Source: Sphyrna mokarran (taxonomy: Eukaryota). Taken from it: a DNA stretch of 64,000 bases. The notes under the pieces were generated by a model, which did no database searches, had not been told where the DNA came from, and worked only from the letters and a program-made list of their open reading frames with translations. The stretch lies in contig JAGIQG010000033.1 of the NCBI GenBank assembly GCA_024679065.1, forward strand, positions 11,966,001 to 12,030,000, in the 5' to 3' direction. The position numbers and the translations under genes are program-made. How positions within the stretch are numbered: position 1 is the stretch's first letter; each line of letters begins with the position of its first letter. Of the stretch, positions 62,766-64,000 are shown one piece after another.

Positions 62766-63278
62766 ATCTTCTCCCAGGGTTTGGAGAGAAGGCATTGCAC
62801 GTTAAGTATCACATCTTTGAAAAAAGGAATGTTGATTATTGCCCGTCGCTTCTCCTTTGCCTGACTCGAAGCCAGAAGCGTATGAGAACTTTCCAAATGC
62901 ACATCTCCCACAGCAAAGAAATCCTGCCTTTCAACCACATTTACGCATAGCAATTAGATTTGGGAGCTTTAAAGGGACAGGCAAGATGAAGTACCACACT
63001 GCCTTAGCAACAGGATAATACAGTCTCTATAAGCTACAACAACACATCACCCAATTTACTATAAGTAAGGATGTCGGACATCCACTGTGCTTATATTAAT
63101 AAGCCTTAAAAGGGTGGGAGTTACTGCTGCTAATATTAAAAATGAAAAAGTTTAGGCTCTACAAATTCCTTTCTCTGCAATTTTAGCACAGGCCCATTCA
63201 CAAGTTCACGGAGAGTGAAGGACAGCGATAGAGGAACACGGGAAGTTTGAAATCAAGCAACTGCAATAGTGTTGCTTG

Positions 63279-63601
63279 GGGCGGCATGCGGCACAGTGGT
63301 TAGCACTGCTGCCTCACAGCGGTGGGGAGCCGGGTTCGATTCCAACCTCGGGTCACTGTCTGTGTGAAACCTGCGCATTCTCCCCATGCCTGCGTGGGTT
63401 TTCGCCAGGGTGCTCTGGTTTCCCTCCACAGTCCAATGATGTGCGGGGTTAAGTTGAATGGCCACGTTAAATTAAGCCTAGTGCCAGGGGGATCAGCAGG
63501 ACAAATATGAGGGGTTTCTGGAATTGGGCCTGAGTAGGATTGCAGTCAGTGCTAAACTGATGGGCCAAATGGCCTCCTTCTGCACGATAGGGATTCTATG
63601 A
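63279..63601 (+). mobile_element. V-SINE, tail A
   Basis: Complete copy. Further tail-A copies at about 3465-3700, 12805-13160, 13268-13560, 15655-15925, 19200-19455, 33455-33745, 41548-41840, 53385-53768, 54090-54462, 56040-56360 and 61325-61655. Confidence 0.85.
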
Positions 63602-64000
63602 ATAAAGAAACAGTAGTGGACAAAGCCCATGGTTTGGAGGAGTGCAGAGAACAAAGGACAAAGAACAAAGAAAGGTACAGCACAGGAACAGGCCCTTCGG
63701 CCCTCCAAGCCTGTGCCGATCATGATGCCCTAACTAAACTAAAAATATTCTGCCCTTACTCAGACAATATCCTTCTATTCTATCCCTATTCATGTATCTA
63801 TCCAGGAGTTAAATGTTGCTAATGTGCCTGCTTCCACCGCCTCCCTAGGCAGCAGGTTCCAGGCACCCATCTCCTTTTCACCATCAACCTGTACCCCCTT
63901 GTAACTGAGAACCCAGAGGGCTGTAGAGTTAGGGTATGTTACAAGGCGCCGGAAGGTGGCAACTATGGGATTTTCACAGTAACGTCATTGCGGTGTTAAC

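Noticed and set aside
493-63510. Many short ORFs sharing MAQWLALLPHSARDPGSIPG... or GSLSVWSLH...
   Set aside because: These are translations of V-SINE copies, not a peptide gene family.

Overview
This is eukaryotic, repeat-dense genomic DNA, most likely from a shark or other elasmobranch. That assignment is inferred from HE1/V-SINE-like, DeuSINE-like, CR1 and Rex1/Babar repeats. The only host coding sequence I can support is a pair of minus-strand, phase 1-1 exons of CD276 (B7-H3): an IgV exon at 35476-35817 and an IgC exon at 31606-31902. I found no leader, transmembrane or cytoplasmic exon, and no second V-C pair. Most of the rest is transposon-derived: one near full-length decayed CR1 LINE (esterase ORF1, APE-RT ORF2), many CR1 and Rex1 3' fragments, about 40 V-SINE copies or fragments with two different tails and internal 52-bp arrays, a second tRNA-derived SINE, and ~125-bp MITEs. 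The best non-obvious signals are (i) three families of minimal Penelope-type hammerhead ribozyme motifs, one with an apparently compensatory U3-A8 core, and (ii) several very recent local inverted or templated insertions with junction scars. I see no convincing new protein-coding system. Repeat boundaries are approximate (about +/-20 bp), and identities were counted by eye.
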